DNA of 64,000 nucleotides from Phycisphaerales bacterium (GTDB lineage Bacteria; Planctomycetota; Phycisphaerae; UBA1845): NCBI GenBank assembly GCA_020348265.1, contig CP070744.1, positions 3,197,866 to 3,261,865 of the forward strand, read 5' to 3'. Shown piece by piece: positions 1 to 11,590 of this stretch (position 1 is its first letter; each line of letters starts with the position of its first letter). The notes under the pieces were generated by a model. It saw only the letters and a program-made list of their open reading frames with translations, ran no database searches and was not told where the DNA came from. The position numbers and the translations under genes were made by a program.

Positions 1-2
1 CG

Positions 3-395
3 CTGTTTGATGCCATGCATGATATGATGACCTTCGATCAGACTCGGCGATTCATGCAGAACGATGTGATCGAGGTTGTACCCCTGGCGTTCATGCGGGG
101 ACGGACACTCAATCAAGCGGTGATCATTCTGGACGAGGCGCAGAACGCAACTGCCAGTCAGATGTTGATGTTTCTGACCCGTCTGGGACAACACAGTAAG
201 ATGATCGTCACCGGGGACGACAGTCAGAGTGATCTGGAGTCCGGCGAACCACGCGGGCTGCTTGATGCAGTGGCCCGTCTCGAAGGAATCACGGGCGTGG
301 GTGTGGTACGGTTGACTAGGACCGATATAGTCCGCCATCCGTTGGTGCAGCAGGTGGTCGAGGCCTATGGCCAAGACGGACCCCGCGACCGATAA
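3..395 (+). CDS. phoH: PhoH family ATPase, C-terminal part (5' truncated by window)
   Basis: PLAFMRGRTLNQAVIILDEAQN, MFLTRLG, VTGD, DIVRHPLV motifs; frame open to the window start. Confidence 0.95.
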   Translation: MFDAMHDMMTFDQTRRFMQNDVIEVVPLAFMRGRTLNQAVIILDEAQNATASQMLMFLTRLGQHSKMIVTGDDSQSDLESGEPRGLLDAVARLEGITGVGVVRLTRTDIVRHPLVQQVVEAYGQDGPRDR

Positions 396-483
396 CGATT
401 GGAGACGGCGACATCTCGTGGCGAGGTGGGTCGATAGACGAAAGTTGTAGCAGCATGAGCACTTAGGTGCGGATCCTGGCAAC

Positions 484-2823
484 ATGTTCGGGCTGACGAA
501 AAAGGGGAAAACCAGACGCCGCCAAGTGCGCGAGCAGCGGGCCAAGACCACCGCGACGATGCGGGTCTCGCTGCTGTCACGGGCGACTTCCTGGCCGGCG
601 TTGGCCGGTGCTCTGTTCATCCTAGTCGCCTCGGCAATAGCACTTTTCGGCGAGGCGACGCTTGACTACTCGATCGGGCAGCGCATCGAGCAACCTATAT
701 ATGCTCAGGTCAGCTTTCAAACCCCCAATCCTCAGCAAACCCAAGCCAACCGGCGGGCGGCGCGGGCGTCGACTCCGAGCTACTATATCTGGTCACCACG
801 TGCGATAACGTTCGACAAAATCCGCGCGGACCTCATGCGGCTTAATGACGCCGCCGCTGCAGCCGGCACGTTCGACGACTTCGCCGGGATTCTGAAGGAA
901 CTCAATATCGAGCCGGATGCCGGCGCATACGACCGGCTGCGCAAGCTGGCCGAGCTCCCCGACGACCGGGGTCGCGCTCAATTCCAGGAATGGGTGGACA
1001 AGCTGCCCCTGGAACGCGAATACGTCGTCCGTGATCTTTCAGAGGAGCCGCGCGATCCGAAGAGCGCAACTGACCACATCATACTTGAGACCTCCGACCA
1101 ATCAGAAAGAACGCTGGCCAGCGAGATCCGACACTCCAAGTTGGTTCTTCAAGAGAACGAGAAGGCGTTGCGGGGAAGCGCTGCTGATGTTGCCAGGAGG
1201 TTTCCCCTTTTCGAGCTGAAGCCGATCATTGAGGCAATCGTCTTTGCCGCCTTCCAAGAACAGCCCACGATTCTCTACAGCCAGGATCGCACTGCTGAAG
1301 CGATGCGCACTGCAGAGGAAGCCGTTCCTGACGCAACAACTTCCTTCGAGGCGGATGAGCCCTATATCAGTAGTCCGGGAGTGCTCACGGATGCCGGATA
1401 CGATCTTCTCAAGATCCACCGGGCCGCTTACCTCGATTTCATGCAAGGGCCCGGCCCGCAAGCGCTGAAGCTCAGACAGGAACGCCTGCTGCAACGCGTC
1501 GGCCTGTTGACCCTTGTAGCCATGCTTTCAGTCGGATTGTTGGTGTATACGCAATCGCATCAACCACAAATCTTCGACAATCGCGGGCGGACTGTAGCCT
1601 TTATGACCTTGATGCTCGCGACCCTGCTGGCCGCGAGGCTGCTTGACGTGAGGTGGGGACAATTGCCGGAGTTGTTGCTGGCGCCCTGCATTATTTCGGC
1701 GAGTGTGTTGGCGATTGTATACCCCCAACGGTTCGCTATTGGTGCGATTTGCGTTCTGGTCGTGATCGTCACCGCAACGGTCCGCGGTGATCTGGCGTTT
1801 GCACTGACAATGTTCGTCGGTGTTACGGTTGCGGCATACCAACTCAATGAGATTCGATCACGCACGAAGCTGATCAGCGCAGGGGCGATCACCGCCGTTT
1901 GCGTGATGCTTGCGTCGGCGGCGGGGGGGATGCTCAATGCGCACTCTCCGGACTTCATCATTCAGCATGCGCTTTGGGCAGGCTCATGTGGGCTGTTTGC
2001 CTTCTTTGTTGTATCCGGGGTGCTGCCGTTCATCGAGCGAATATTCCGGGTGGCGACGTCGCTGACGCTTTTGGAATGGCGCGATCCCACCCGCCCGCTT
2101 CTTCAGCTTTTGGCCCGGGAGGCTCCCGGTACGTATAACCACAGCCTGGTCTTGGGCAACCTGGTTGCAGCCGCCTGCGAACCCATCGGTGCAAACGGCT
2201 TGCTAGCCCAGGTCGGGACGCTCTATCATGACATTGGGAAGATCCCCAAGTCTGAGTATTTTGCCGAAAACCAAGAGGGGCAAATCAACCGACACGATAA
2301 CCTGGCACCTACGATGAGTTTGCTGATCATCCTCGGCCATGTGAAAGATGGGATTGAGATGGCCAAGGAGTACAAGCTGCCGCGCGTTCTCCACCAGTTC
2401 ATCGAGGAACACCACGGAACCACGGTTGTTCGTTATTTCCATCATATGGCCAGTGAGAAGCAACCCCATATTGCCAGCGGGAAACACGACCGGGAAGTAT
2501 CTGAGGCTGAGTTCCGATACGCCGGGCCGAAACCGCGGAGTCGTGAATCAGCCGTCGTGATGCTTGCGGACGGCGTGGAGAGTGCCGTTAGGGCCTTGCA
2601 GGAGCCTACCGTAGGGAGAATCGAGAGCGTGGTGCATCAGATCGTGACTGCTCGCCTCAATGACGGACAGTTCTCCGATTGCGACATGACCATGAGGGAG
2701 ATTAAACTGGTTGATGATGCTCTGGTGAAGGGTATGTGCAGCATCTATCATGGTCGAGTAGCCTATCCGAAGGCGGCCAAGCCCTCCGATGCACCTGCCG
2801 AGCAGGAGAGAATGAGCGTATAA
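484..2823 (+). CDS. 7TM-HD family phosphohydrolase (PgpH/YqfF-like, putative c-di-AMP phosphodiesterase)
   Basis: Extracytoplasmic domain, multiple TM helices, HD domain with TYNHSL, YHDIGK, HHGT, ADGVES; typical position between phoH and ybeY. Confidence 0.85.
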   Translation: MFGLTKKGKTRRRQVREQRAKTTATMRVSLLSRATSWPALAGALFILVASAIALFGEATLDYSIGQRIEQPIYAQVSFQTPNPQQTQANRRAARASTPSYYIWSPRAITFDKIRADLMRLNDAAAAAGTFDDFAGILKELNIEPDAGAYDRLRKLAELPDDRGRAQFQEWVDKLPLEREYVVRDLSEEPRDPKSATDHIILETSDQSERTLASEIRHSKLVLQENEKALRGSAADVARRFPLFELKPIIEAIVFAAFQEQPTILYSQDRTAEAMRTAEEAVPDATTSFEADEPYISSPGVLTDAGYDLLKIHRAAYLDFMQGPGPQALKLRQERLLQRVGLLTLVAMLSVGLLVYTQSHQPQIFDNRGRTVAFMTLMLATLLAARLLDVRWGQLPELLLAPCIISASVLAIVYPQRFAIGAICVLVVIVTATVRGDLAFALTMFVGVTVAAYQLNEIRSRTKLISAGAITAVCVMLASAAGGMLNAHSPDFIIQHALWAGSCGLFAFFVVSGVLPFIERIFRVATSLTLLEWRDPTRPLLQLLAREAPGTYNHSLVLGNLVAAACEPIGANGLLAQVGTLYHDIGKIPKSEYFAENQEGQINRHDNLAPTMSLLIILGHVKDGIEMAKEYKLPRVLHQFIEEHHGTTVVRYFHHMASEKQPHIASGKHDREVSEAEFRYAGPKPRSRESAVVMLADGVESAVRALQEPTVGRIESVVHQIVTARLNDGQFSDCDMTMREIKLVDDALVKGMCSIYHGRVAYPKAAKPSDAPAEQERMSV

Positions 2824-2853
2824 CCCAGCCAGCGGACATGGCGTAGCAGTTTA

Positions 2854-3351
2854 ATGGAAGACGATTCTGAGTTTAACATAGCAGTCGCCTACGCGTGCGG
2901 TCAATCACCGAACGCCGATAGACTGATCCAGGCGGCGGTAAGAACCACTCTGGACCGTCATAAGGTCTCTAAGGCTCTGATCAGCGTTGCGGTTGTGGAC
3001 GACGCACATATCGCGCGGCTGAACCAGACCCATCTTAATCACCAAGGCCCGACGGACGTACTGGCGTTCGATCTGTCGGACGATGAAGGCACGGCCGTTA
3101 ATGAGGGGGGTGGCCGCGAAACGACGGTCGAGGGGGAGATCGTTGTCTCTTACGAGACGGCAGCCCGAGAGGCCTATCGACGCGACCACGACTGCAATGC
3201 CGAACTGGCCTTATACACGGTGCATGGCACTCTGCATCTGCTCGGACACAACGACCACAGCCCCGAAGATGCCGCTCGGATGCACCAATTGGAGGATGAT
3301 ATTCTCGAATCGCTCAAGCTCGGACCGGTTTTTAGAGGCAAGCTCAGATGA
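2854..3351 (+). CDS. ybeY: rRNA maturation endoribonuclease YbeY
   Basis: LN..HLNHQGPTDVLAF, GEIVVS and the metal motif HGTLHLLGHNDH. Confidence 0.95.
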   Translation: MEDDSEFNIAVAYACGQSPNADRLIQAAVRTTLDRHKVSKALISVAVVDDAHIARLNQTHLNHQGPTDVLAFDLSDDEGTAVNEGGGRETTVEGEIVVSYETAAREAYRRDHDCNAELALYTVHGTLHLLGHNDHSPEDAARMHQLEDDILESLKLGPVFRGKLR

Positions 3352-4085
3352 GAGTGGCCCTGCTGCAAATCCGTCTGGATGCGAAGAGCCGGGCGAGGAA
3401 CATACAGGCGATAATAGCCGGCATCGGAAGCGCCGCCCAGGCCGAGGTCGCACCGGATCTCATTATCCTGCCCGGGGCTTGCGACACCGGCGGGACTGCC
3501 GCAAGCAAGAAACACAGCAATGCCTGCCTCGACTGCGTGAGGGAGACGATTGCCGGGCAGGCCCGCGAGTGGGGGGTGTTCATTGCTGCAGGCTTGCATA
3601 GACACATCGGCAAAGACCGCTTCTCCGGCGTGATCCTCTTCGACCCGGACGGCGATGTGATCGCGGAAGACCCGGCAACAGGCACCGAAGCAGGGAAGCA
3701 ACTCGAGACGTGGCACTGCCCCGTCGGACGGTTGGGCGTTGCCGAGCCGTCAGCTTTGGCTTCCGAGTCCCGCCGCGTCGATTCAACCCAGGACGGGGCC
3801 TTGTATGCCGTGCCCCTCGCCACAGTCGCCGGCAGTGAGCAGATGCACAAGGCGGGGGTCGATCCCAGGGCGCTGTGCGAAGAGACCGCAGGCAGAAACG
3901 GCGCCTATTGGGCAGTTGTGCTTGCCGGCAACGGCGACGATGCTGTGCAGAAGACGGGCGGGTTGATGGGGTCGTACGTGTGTGACCCCACCGGCAATCT
4001 TCTGGCTCATGCGGACACGGCTGGAGAGATGATTGTGCACGCGGAGGTTCCACTGACTTCGGGAGTAGAGGATTCGCGTGAATGA
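3348..4085 (+). CDS. Carbon-nitrogen hydrolase (nitrilase) fold protein, catalytic triad apparently absent
   Basis: MRVALLQI start, PDLIILP, IAAGL, LFDPDG and C-terminal GSYVCDPTGNLLA...GEMIVHAEV pattern; ATGA overlap with ybeY. Confidence 0.7.
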   Translation: MRVALLQIRLDAKSRARNIQAIIAGIGSAAQAEVAPDLIILPGACDTGGTAASKKHSNACLDCVRETIAGQAREWGVFIAAGLHRHIGKDRFSGVILFDPDGDVIAEDPATGTEAGKQLETWHCPVGRLGVAEPSALASESRRVDSTQDGALYAVPLATVAGSEQMHKAGVDPRALCEETAGRNGAYWAVVLAGNGDDAVQKTGGLMGSYVCDPTGNLLAHADTAGEMIVHAEVPLTSGVEDSRE

Positions 4086-4159
4086 GTTATCGTGCAGTAG
4101 CCACGCAGACTGGCTGAATGCACATTCGAGAATGATTCTGTCTGCACCGGGTTTCTTTA

Positions 4160-5455
4160 GTGAACGGATGGGGTATCTGGGCCGGCCTTGCGACACTTAT
4201 TGCGCTGATGTTCATTTCAGCGCTGAATCTTGCCCTACGCATGCCTTCGCGCACGCGTCTTGCTGAACAATTCGAAAAGAAAAGGCGAAACCGCGGTTTC
4301 GAAGACTTCGTGGCTGTGCGAACGCAGTACGTATTGGCAACGGCGATCCTGAGATTCGCGCTTACCCTGGCAGTAATGCTCTTTGCCCTTGACCATGTCG
4401 GCATACCCACAGAGGACATCTCGTCGCCGACGCCAGGCGCAGCCTTTGCCATCGCACTGGTGTTCGTCTTGGTTTTTGGAGTTGCAATCCCCAATGCCTG
4501 GGCTAATTACACCGGGGAGTGGCTCATCGTTTGCGTGCTACCTCTTCTTCAGGTCATGCGCCTAATCCTATTCCCCCTGGTCGTTGCCCTGGAGGTTTTT
4601 GATCCATTTGTTCGTCGATTGGCGGGCGTACCCGTGCGCGACGCCCAGTCTTATGCGGACGAGTTGGAGCAGGAGATTCTCAGCGTAGTCAGCGAGGGTG
4701 AACGTCACGGTGCGGTCGACGAGGAGGAGAAGGAGATGATCGAGTCGGTCATAGAGCTGACCGACACGCGTGTCGAGGAGATAATGAAGCCGCGCACCGA
4801 CATGGTCGCCCTGGCCAAGGAGACGGATCTCGATTCCGTGCTCCAGATCGTTCGTAAACACGGGCACTCGCGGATTCCAGTTTATGACGAGACGATCGAC
4901 ACAATTCTCGGGGTGTTGTACGTCAAAGACCTTCTTCGCCGCGATAGTGACACTCCCTTCAGTCTGACGTCGATCATGCGCGACGCGCTCTTCATCCCGG
5001 AATCGAAACTCCTGAGGGAGTTGCTGCGGGAGTTCCAGACCCGCAAGATTCATATCGCAATCGTGCTGGACGAGTACGGCGGAACTGCCGGTTTGGTGAC
5101 CATCGAGGACATCCTTGAAGAGCTGGTTGGGGAGATCGCCGACGAGTATGAGACCACCGGCCCGGCAGAACTGATCAGAATCGACGATCGCACCGTAGAA
5201 GTCGACGCCCGCATGAGGATTGATGACCTCAACGACGAGCTCAACCTCGGGCTCTCCGAAGAGGAAGACTACGAGACAATTGCCGGTCTGGTATTCAGCG
5301 CGCTTGGACGGATACCGAAAGCCGGTGAGCGGCTTGAACATGCCAACCTGGACATCGAAGTGCTCACTGCTGAGCCGAGGAGAATCCTCCGGCTGCGCCT
5401 GACCATCCGTGAAACCGCCGACGCCGGGCAGGAACAGGCAAACCAGAACGGCTGA
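4160..5455 (+). CDS. HlyC/CorC family transporter (CNNM TM domain - CBS pair - CorC_HlyC)
   Basis: TM N-terminus, IMKPRTDM, GHSRIPVY, IAIVLDEYGGTAGLVTIEDILEELVGEIADEY. Confidence 0.92.
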   Translation: MNGWGIWAGLATLIALMFISALNLALRMPSRTRLAEQFEKKRRNRGFEDFVAVRTQYVLATAILRFALTLAVMLFALDHVGIPTEDISSPTPGAAFAIALVFVLVFGVAIPNAWANYTGEWLIVCVLPLLQVMRLILFPLVVALEVFDPFVRRLAGVPVRDAQSYADELEQEILSVVSEGERHGAVDEEEKEMIESVIELTDTRVEEIMKPRTDMVALAKETDLDSVLQIVRKHGHSRIPVYDETIDTILGVLYVKDLLRRDSDTPFSLTSIMRDALFIPESKLLRELLREFQTRKIHIAIVLDEYGGTAGLVTIEDILEELVGEIADEYETTGPAELIRIDDRTVEVDARMRIDDLNDELNLGLSEEEDYETIAGLVFSALGRIPKAGERLEHANLDIEVLTAEPRRILRLRLTIRETADAGQEQANQNG

Positions 5456-5649
5456 TTCGGCCTGCGGGATTGACACGCCCAAACCACTGCCAAACTGGCA
5501 GAATCGCCTCGGCGGTGGTCCAGATATGACAGGTCCGTGTTCGGTTGCATGCGCGCGAGGACCGGTCCGCCGCTTCCCGGGCGTCCATAAGTTGCTACAA
5601 GAAAAGAACTTACGGCATTCCTTGTCCCCCTCCGGCTCTGAGAATCGCA

Positions 5650-5666
5650 CTGGCACCCGGCGTGCA
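5650..5666 (+). promoter_or_regulatory. Putative sigma-54 (-24/-12) promoter upstream of groES
   Basis: CTGGCACCCGGCGTGCA has GG and GC separated by exactly 10 nt, matching TGGCAC-N5-TTGC with one mismatch. Confidence 0.6.
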
Positions 5667-5953
5667 AACTCCACGGATCTAAGGAGCGGTACAGGTGCGC
5701 TGGTCGACCTGAATCGATTGGCGCAACCGGGCGTTTCGCGACCGGCGCAATCGGCTGCGAGCCTGAAGGGTCGGCGACTGGTGCGGTCGGAACCGCGTAA
5801 GGCGGCCTGAGCAACCGGGCTTGGAGGTTCGATAACCGGTTTTCTTGAGTTGTACTGGATACAAGCCCGAGCGGCATATAGAGCCCCGGGGTGCCCCTAC
5901 AGTCTGGGCGGGCGCAAAACAAACGAATTATTCGTCGTTAAACATGAAAGGAG

Positions 5954-6259
5954 TTGGCAGGAATGGCTAAGCTGAACATCAAGCCGCTGGGTGACAAGGT
6001 CATTGTCAAGCGGGTCGAGGCGGAAGAGACAACGGCTGGGGGAATTGTGCTTCCCGACACCGCGAAAGAAAAGCCCAAGCGGGGGATCATTCTGGCGGTC
6101 GGCAACGGCCGACTTCTTGACGACGGAACCCGCAGCGAAATGCAGGTGGATAAACACGACGAGGTACTCTTCACCAGCTATGCCGGCACGGAGATCAAGG
6201 TGGACGGCGAAGAGTACATGATCATGGACGAGGCGGACATTCTAGGAATCATCGGGTAA
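5954..6259 (+). CDS. groES: Co-chaperonin GroES
   Basis: IKPLGDKVIV, GGIVLPDTAKEKP, AVGNG, YAGTEIKVDGEEY; strong SD GAAAGGAG. Confidence 0.99.
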   Translation: MAGMAKLNIKPLGDKVIVKRVEAEETTAGGIVLPDTAKEKPKRGIILAVGNGRLLDDGTRSEMQVDKHDEVLFTSYAGTEIKVDGEEYMIMDEADILGIIG

Positions 6260-6422
6260 CCAAAGGACGGCCAACGACGAACACACTGAGGTCGCAGATT
6301 CGGGCTTAGGCCCGGTCAACAGCTCAGGACCAACGACGCAATCGCGCAAAGTCGGTGTTCGTTACAGCGTTCTTTAACTGAAGAACGCAGCGTCCGGAAA
6401 AGCTAATCGGGAGACACACTAA

Positions 6423-8096
<1,674 letters not shown>

Positions 8097-8218
8097 GCCC
8101 GGCTACCGGCCATCGAGCAACGAACGCTGTGAAGCAGCGAGTGGAAGATGACAACTGAATAGAAGTGTCATGGATGACGACAGACATAATCGGTCAGAGA
8201 GTGCTGACCGTTAAACCC

Positions 8219-8259
8219 AACACCCCGCCAGGGTCCTCCCACTCCGGCGGGGTGTTTTT
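8219..8259 (+). terminator. Intrinsic terminator of groESL
   Basis: ACACCCCGCC / GGCGGGGTGT stem followed by a T-run. Confidence 0.8.
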
Positions 8260-8347
8260 CATACGGCATCGGCATCGCCGGGGGTTGTCGGATGTAATAT
8301 ATCATGCCACAGGCCAGTCACTTGCCCCACGTTGAAGGCGCCGCACA

Positions 8348-8533
8348 ATGAACAAGCCATCCTCCATTACACAAGGTACGAATGACATGTTTCCCGTTCT
8401 CAAGAACAAGTTCACGCCTGGCGGTAAGGAAGACGTGACCTTCTACTTCGAATCAGATCTACTCGGTGTCTCCGACAACCACAGAGAGGTTTTTGAAGTC
8501 TCTATCAAAACGGAGATAGAGAGAAGACTCTGA
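8348..8533 (+). CDS. Small hypothetical ORF or gene remnant (61 aa)
   Basis: Protein-like composition but no recognisable motif; directly followed by a REP-like palindrome. Confidence 0.25.
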   Translation: MNKPSSITQGTNDMFPVLKNKFTPGGKEDVTFYFESDLLGVSDNHREVFEVSIKTEIERRL

Positions 8534-8574
8534 CTACGTAGTGCATTAGGCTACGTTCGACGACCCCCGGGGCG

Positions 8575-8596
8575 CCTCGGGCGTAGCCCGAGCTAG
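8575..8596. repeat. REP-like palindrome
   Basis: CTCGGGC-GTA-GCCCGAG-CTAG; same design as the copies at about 12004-12059 and 12714-12729. Confidence 0.6.
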
Positions 8597-8670
8597 CGCT
8601 CGCTTCGCCCACGGACGTGCGCAGTGGCGAGTTGTCCATGGCTCACCGGTCGATATTGTGCCCGCTCCCG

Positions 8671-9897
8671 CTAATCAAGCGTCTTATCATATTCGCTATT
8701 GAGTGCAGAAGTGATTTCCATGCTGAGCAGTCGACCTTTTATACCATTACTCATTACAACCACGCCGGCGCCACGCTCAGGCCAGCCGATCAACCAGGAG
8801 ATCAGCCCAGGACGATTTTCCCCAGGATGCATGAACACAAAATCCTTCCCTTCGCCGATAAGAAACACGCCAAGCCCCTCCGATATGGGCATACCGAAGA
8901 GTTCCACCGTTTTCGGATCAAGATCACATTGCCTGGTGAGGAGTTGCCTGGTCATTTCCTGCGAGATTATCTTCTCCGATCTCCCCTGATAGGACAGCAG
9001 GATCTCATTGGTGAACCTGGCCAGGTCGGTTGGTGTAGTGGTCATCCCGCCGTGGGCAAGAGCGCTTCGATGCATAGAGGGGCGGCGGGTATTTCCTTCG
9101 GCATCATGCGGCATCGCCTCACGTCTTCGCTTCGCGGAATTCAATGGGTATACAAAAGTACTATTGGTCATGCCGAGCGGCTGGAAGACTGTCTCCTGGG
9201 CAATCTGCTCAAAGGGTTTACCGGTGATGTCCTCAAGCAGCAATTGGATGACATCATAAGCGACATTTGAGTATTCCCACCGCGAACCTGGTACTCTCAC
9301 CGGTATCGCCGGCTTGTTCATTGCAGGCGATTCACCGTTTAACACATTCAAGAGTGTGGGATAACCGATATTCTCATCGTAATCAAAATCCGTAGTTGGC
9401 AATCCAGCCTGATGCGTCAACAGACGGCGAAGGGTGACTTTTTCCTCTTGTGTAAACTCATTCTCCGGTACTTTCCATGATGTTAGGTAGTCATTCACAT
9501 TTGCGTCCAGATCGACTAGCCCTTGCTCCACAAAATGGAGAACTAGTACCGCAGTTACGAACTTGCTGGTAGAGGCGGCCTCGAAAATGGTTTCCGTGGT
9601 GGCCGGCGCTTTGGTTTCAGCATCCAGTACACCATATGCTTTGGCCCACTCAATTCGATTATCGTTGATGACTGCAATGCTCACCCCTGGAACCTTATAG
9701 TGCTTCATCCTGTCGGCTAACGTCTTGGGATCTGCAAGCTGTTCGGTATGGGGAAGAAACATGTCATTGGATGATTTGAGTGCAACTAGACTGTTTTCGA
9801 TGTGATGTATCTGTTGGGCGACGCGGAACTCGGAATGTTGTTGTGAGCAAGACACAAGTATTAGTAGAAGAGTGAGTGTTACGATCCATTTGTGCAT
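8671..9897 (-). CDS. Serine hydrolase, beta-lactamase (AmpC/class C-like) family lipoprotein
   Basis: Lipobox-like LVSC, GVSIAVI, SxxK (ASTSK), LLTHQAG, YSN, HPG. Confidence 0.9.
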   Translation of the reverse strand: MHKWIVTLTLLLILVSCSQQHSEFRVAQQIHHIENSLVALKSSNDMFLPHTEQLADPKTLADRMKHYKVPGVSIAVINDNRIEWAKAYGVLDAETKAPATTETIFEAASTSKFVTAVLVLHFVEQGLVDLDANVNDYLTSWKVPENEFTQEEKVTLRRLLTHQAGLPTTDFDYDENIGYPTLLNVLNGESPAMNKPAIPVRVPGSRWEYSNVAYDVIQLLLEDITGKPFEQIAQETVFQPLGMTNSTFVYPLNSAKRRREAMPHDAEGNTRRPSMHRSALAHGGMTTTPTDLARFTNEILLSYQGRSEKIISQEMTRQLLTRQCDLDPKTVELFGMPISEGLGVFLIGEGKDFVFMHPGENRPGLISWLIGWPERGAGVVVMSNGIKGRLLSMEITSALNSEYDKTLD

Positions 9898-10209
9898 GGT
9901 GTACCTCCGTTAAACGTATTAGTGCTAGCCGTTGTCTTGTCCGAAGGGTCGACTCCTCATCGCCACTTTCTATAGATTGCCGTGTCCCATCCTCGGCCGC
10001 GGCTCGAGCGACCATCGCTCCGCAGATGAGCAAGGACACGTAACATCAGTGCAGCCGACCGTGTTGAGGGATCTTGCATTCCCTCATTCGTTTCTCCTCA
10101 CGAAGAATGCAGTGCAACTAAAGAGGTCTCGTCGCCCGACGGCCTTGCCTTACCTTGCGGCCGCGGTTGCTATTGTCGCAGATAGTCAGGGGTCGTTAAC
10201 ATCGGGGCG

Positions 10210-11463
10210 TCATTGTCCCTCTCCCGCAAGCAGCTTCGCCACGTCCAGAGTGACGGATCGACGTTGAGGGGCGTGCTGCCCATCTGCGGAAAATGCCACA
10301 TGCATAAGGCGCTTGTTCGGCTCGAACACCACGCTCTGATATGTGGTACGCGAGGGCATAATTGCGCTCCGGAGCATTTTCCATCCCCTCTCGCACGTGA
10401 CTCTGTGTCTCCCACTGCTTCCCTCGATTCTATCGAGCACATCTCTATACCTGTCGTAGCGATCACACTGCTCTGGCTTGGACCGCGCCCGGTAATGACT
10501 TGTGCAAATTATGAAGTTTGCTCCGTTCACGGGTGGGCGTGCAGTCACTCCCTGACTTGTAGCAAGATCTCCATCGTATTCAAACACCTGCGCAGCCGAA
10601 CCCATCTTGTCGTAGGGTCTGGCGACCATCACGTTGCTGCCCACCGTGCACTTATGCTTGCGGAGGACTCGCCCAACATCCTCAAATGCCGTCTCGGGTC
10701 GCGCCGACTCGATTGCCTCGCGAAGGATGAAGAGGCGTGGTGTGAAACCGCTATCCACCGTTGTCGCGTGTCCTTTTGCATCGTTGAGGTTGACTGTGAC
10801 CCCCTCGGCGCTCATTCCGGTGAAACAACCTGTCAGGCCGGGCCAGTTGACGGACACCCACCCCAACGCCTTTCCGTTGTCAGACGGAGTGTTTACAATA
10901 ACGACATTGACCTTAGACAATCCTACCACGGTGGGGACGTCCAGGTTACGCCCCGCAATCGTGTCGCCGTCTGCGGTCAGCCGCCCCCACGCAGCAAACG
11001 ATGAGCATCCAACTGCCTGGACATCCGCGAGGCAGTTCAGGGCCACCAGTTCAGTGTACTGCAGGTGGCGCTGGAGACGCGGGATGACCACAGGGCCGCC
11101 AAACCGCGCCTCGACACCTGCAACTAGTCCTCGTAACTCATCCTGGTACGGTGTCTCAATTTCCATCTGTCGTAATCTGGGTAGGATCCGCTGGGTGTAG
11201 CCGTCGATACCTCCGCCGAACTTCTCCGTACCGATGAGCATATCCGCCACTGAGACGATCTTCTCAGCGAAATAGAACCCCTGAGCGTAGCCCCTCTCGT
11301 AGGGGGTACCCCATACGCGCAGAACTGGTATTCCATCGATCTCCGTGAGTGTGCCATTAACCCTGGCTGCAGGAGTACTCTGCCCGTATGCCGTATGCAC
11401 GATGCACGCAAGCAGAAGAACGCCACAAGTTAGTGCATGGGACTCGAGTCGTATGTGTTTCAT
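10210..11463 (-). CDS. Peptidase C45 / Ntn-hydrolase (acyl-CoA:6-APA acyltransferase family), secreted
   Basis: Signal peptide from MKHIRLESH (start 11463, GGAA SD); GTPYERGYAQG, autoprocessing site GCSSFAAWG, GRNLD, GMSAEGV. Confidence 0.85.
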   Translation of the reverse strand: MKHIRLESHALTCGVLLLACIVHTAYGQSTPAARVNGTLTEIDGIPVLRVWGTPYERGYAQGFYFAEKIVSVADMLIGTEKFGGGIDGYTQRILPRLRQMEIETPYQDELRGLVAGVEARFGGPVVIPRLQRHLQYTELVALNCLADVQAVGCSSFAAWGRLTADGDTIAGRNLDVPTVVGLSKVNVVIVNTPSDNGKALGWVSVNWPGLTGCFTGMSAEGVTVNLNDAKGHATTVDSGFTPRLFILREAIESARPETAFEDVGRVLRKHKCTVGSNVMVARPYDKMGSAAQVFEYDGDLATSQGVTARPPVNGANFIICTSHYRARSKPEQCDRYDRYRDVLDRIEGSSGRHRVTCERGWKMLRSAIMPSRTTYQSVVFEPNKRLMHVAFSADGQHAPQRRSVTLDVAKLLAGEGQ

Positions 11464-11590
11464 TGAGAGTTCCTTTTCCACTATCGAGTTCAGTGAACCT
11501 ACTTTCCGCGCAGGGTACTGGGACCTTCGGATCCCCGTATTCCGAAGAGCATTCGGATGACCTCGCGCATATTCCGGATCGAAGTCACAA

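Noticed and set aside
5660-5830. RNase P RNA (AAACTCCAC...GGAGC similarity)
   Set aside because: Lacks GAGGAAAGTCC and the 3' signature; spacing is wrong
5884-5915. TPP riboswitch (GGGGTGCCC start)
   Set aside because: No CTGAGA or downstream TPP core
5455-5953. CIRCE (HrcA) operator upstream of groES
   Set aside because: No TTAGCACTC-N9-GAGTGCTAA or close variant seen
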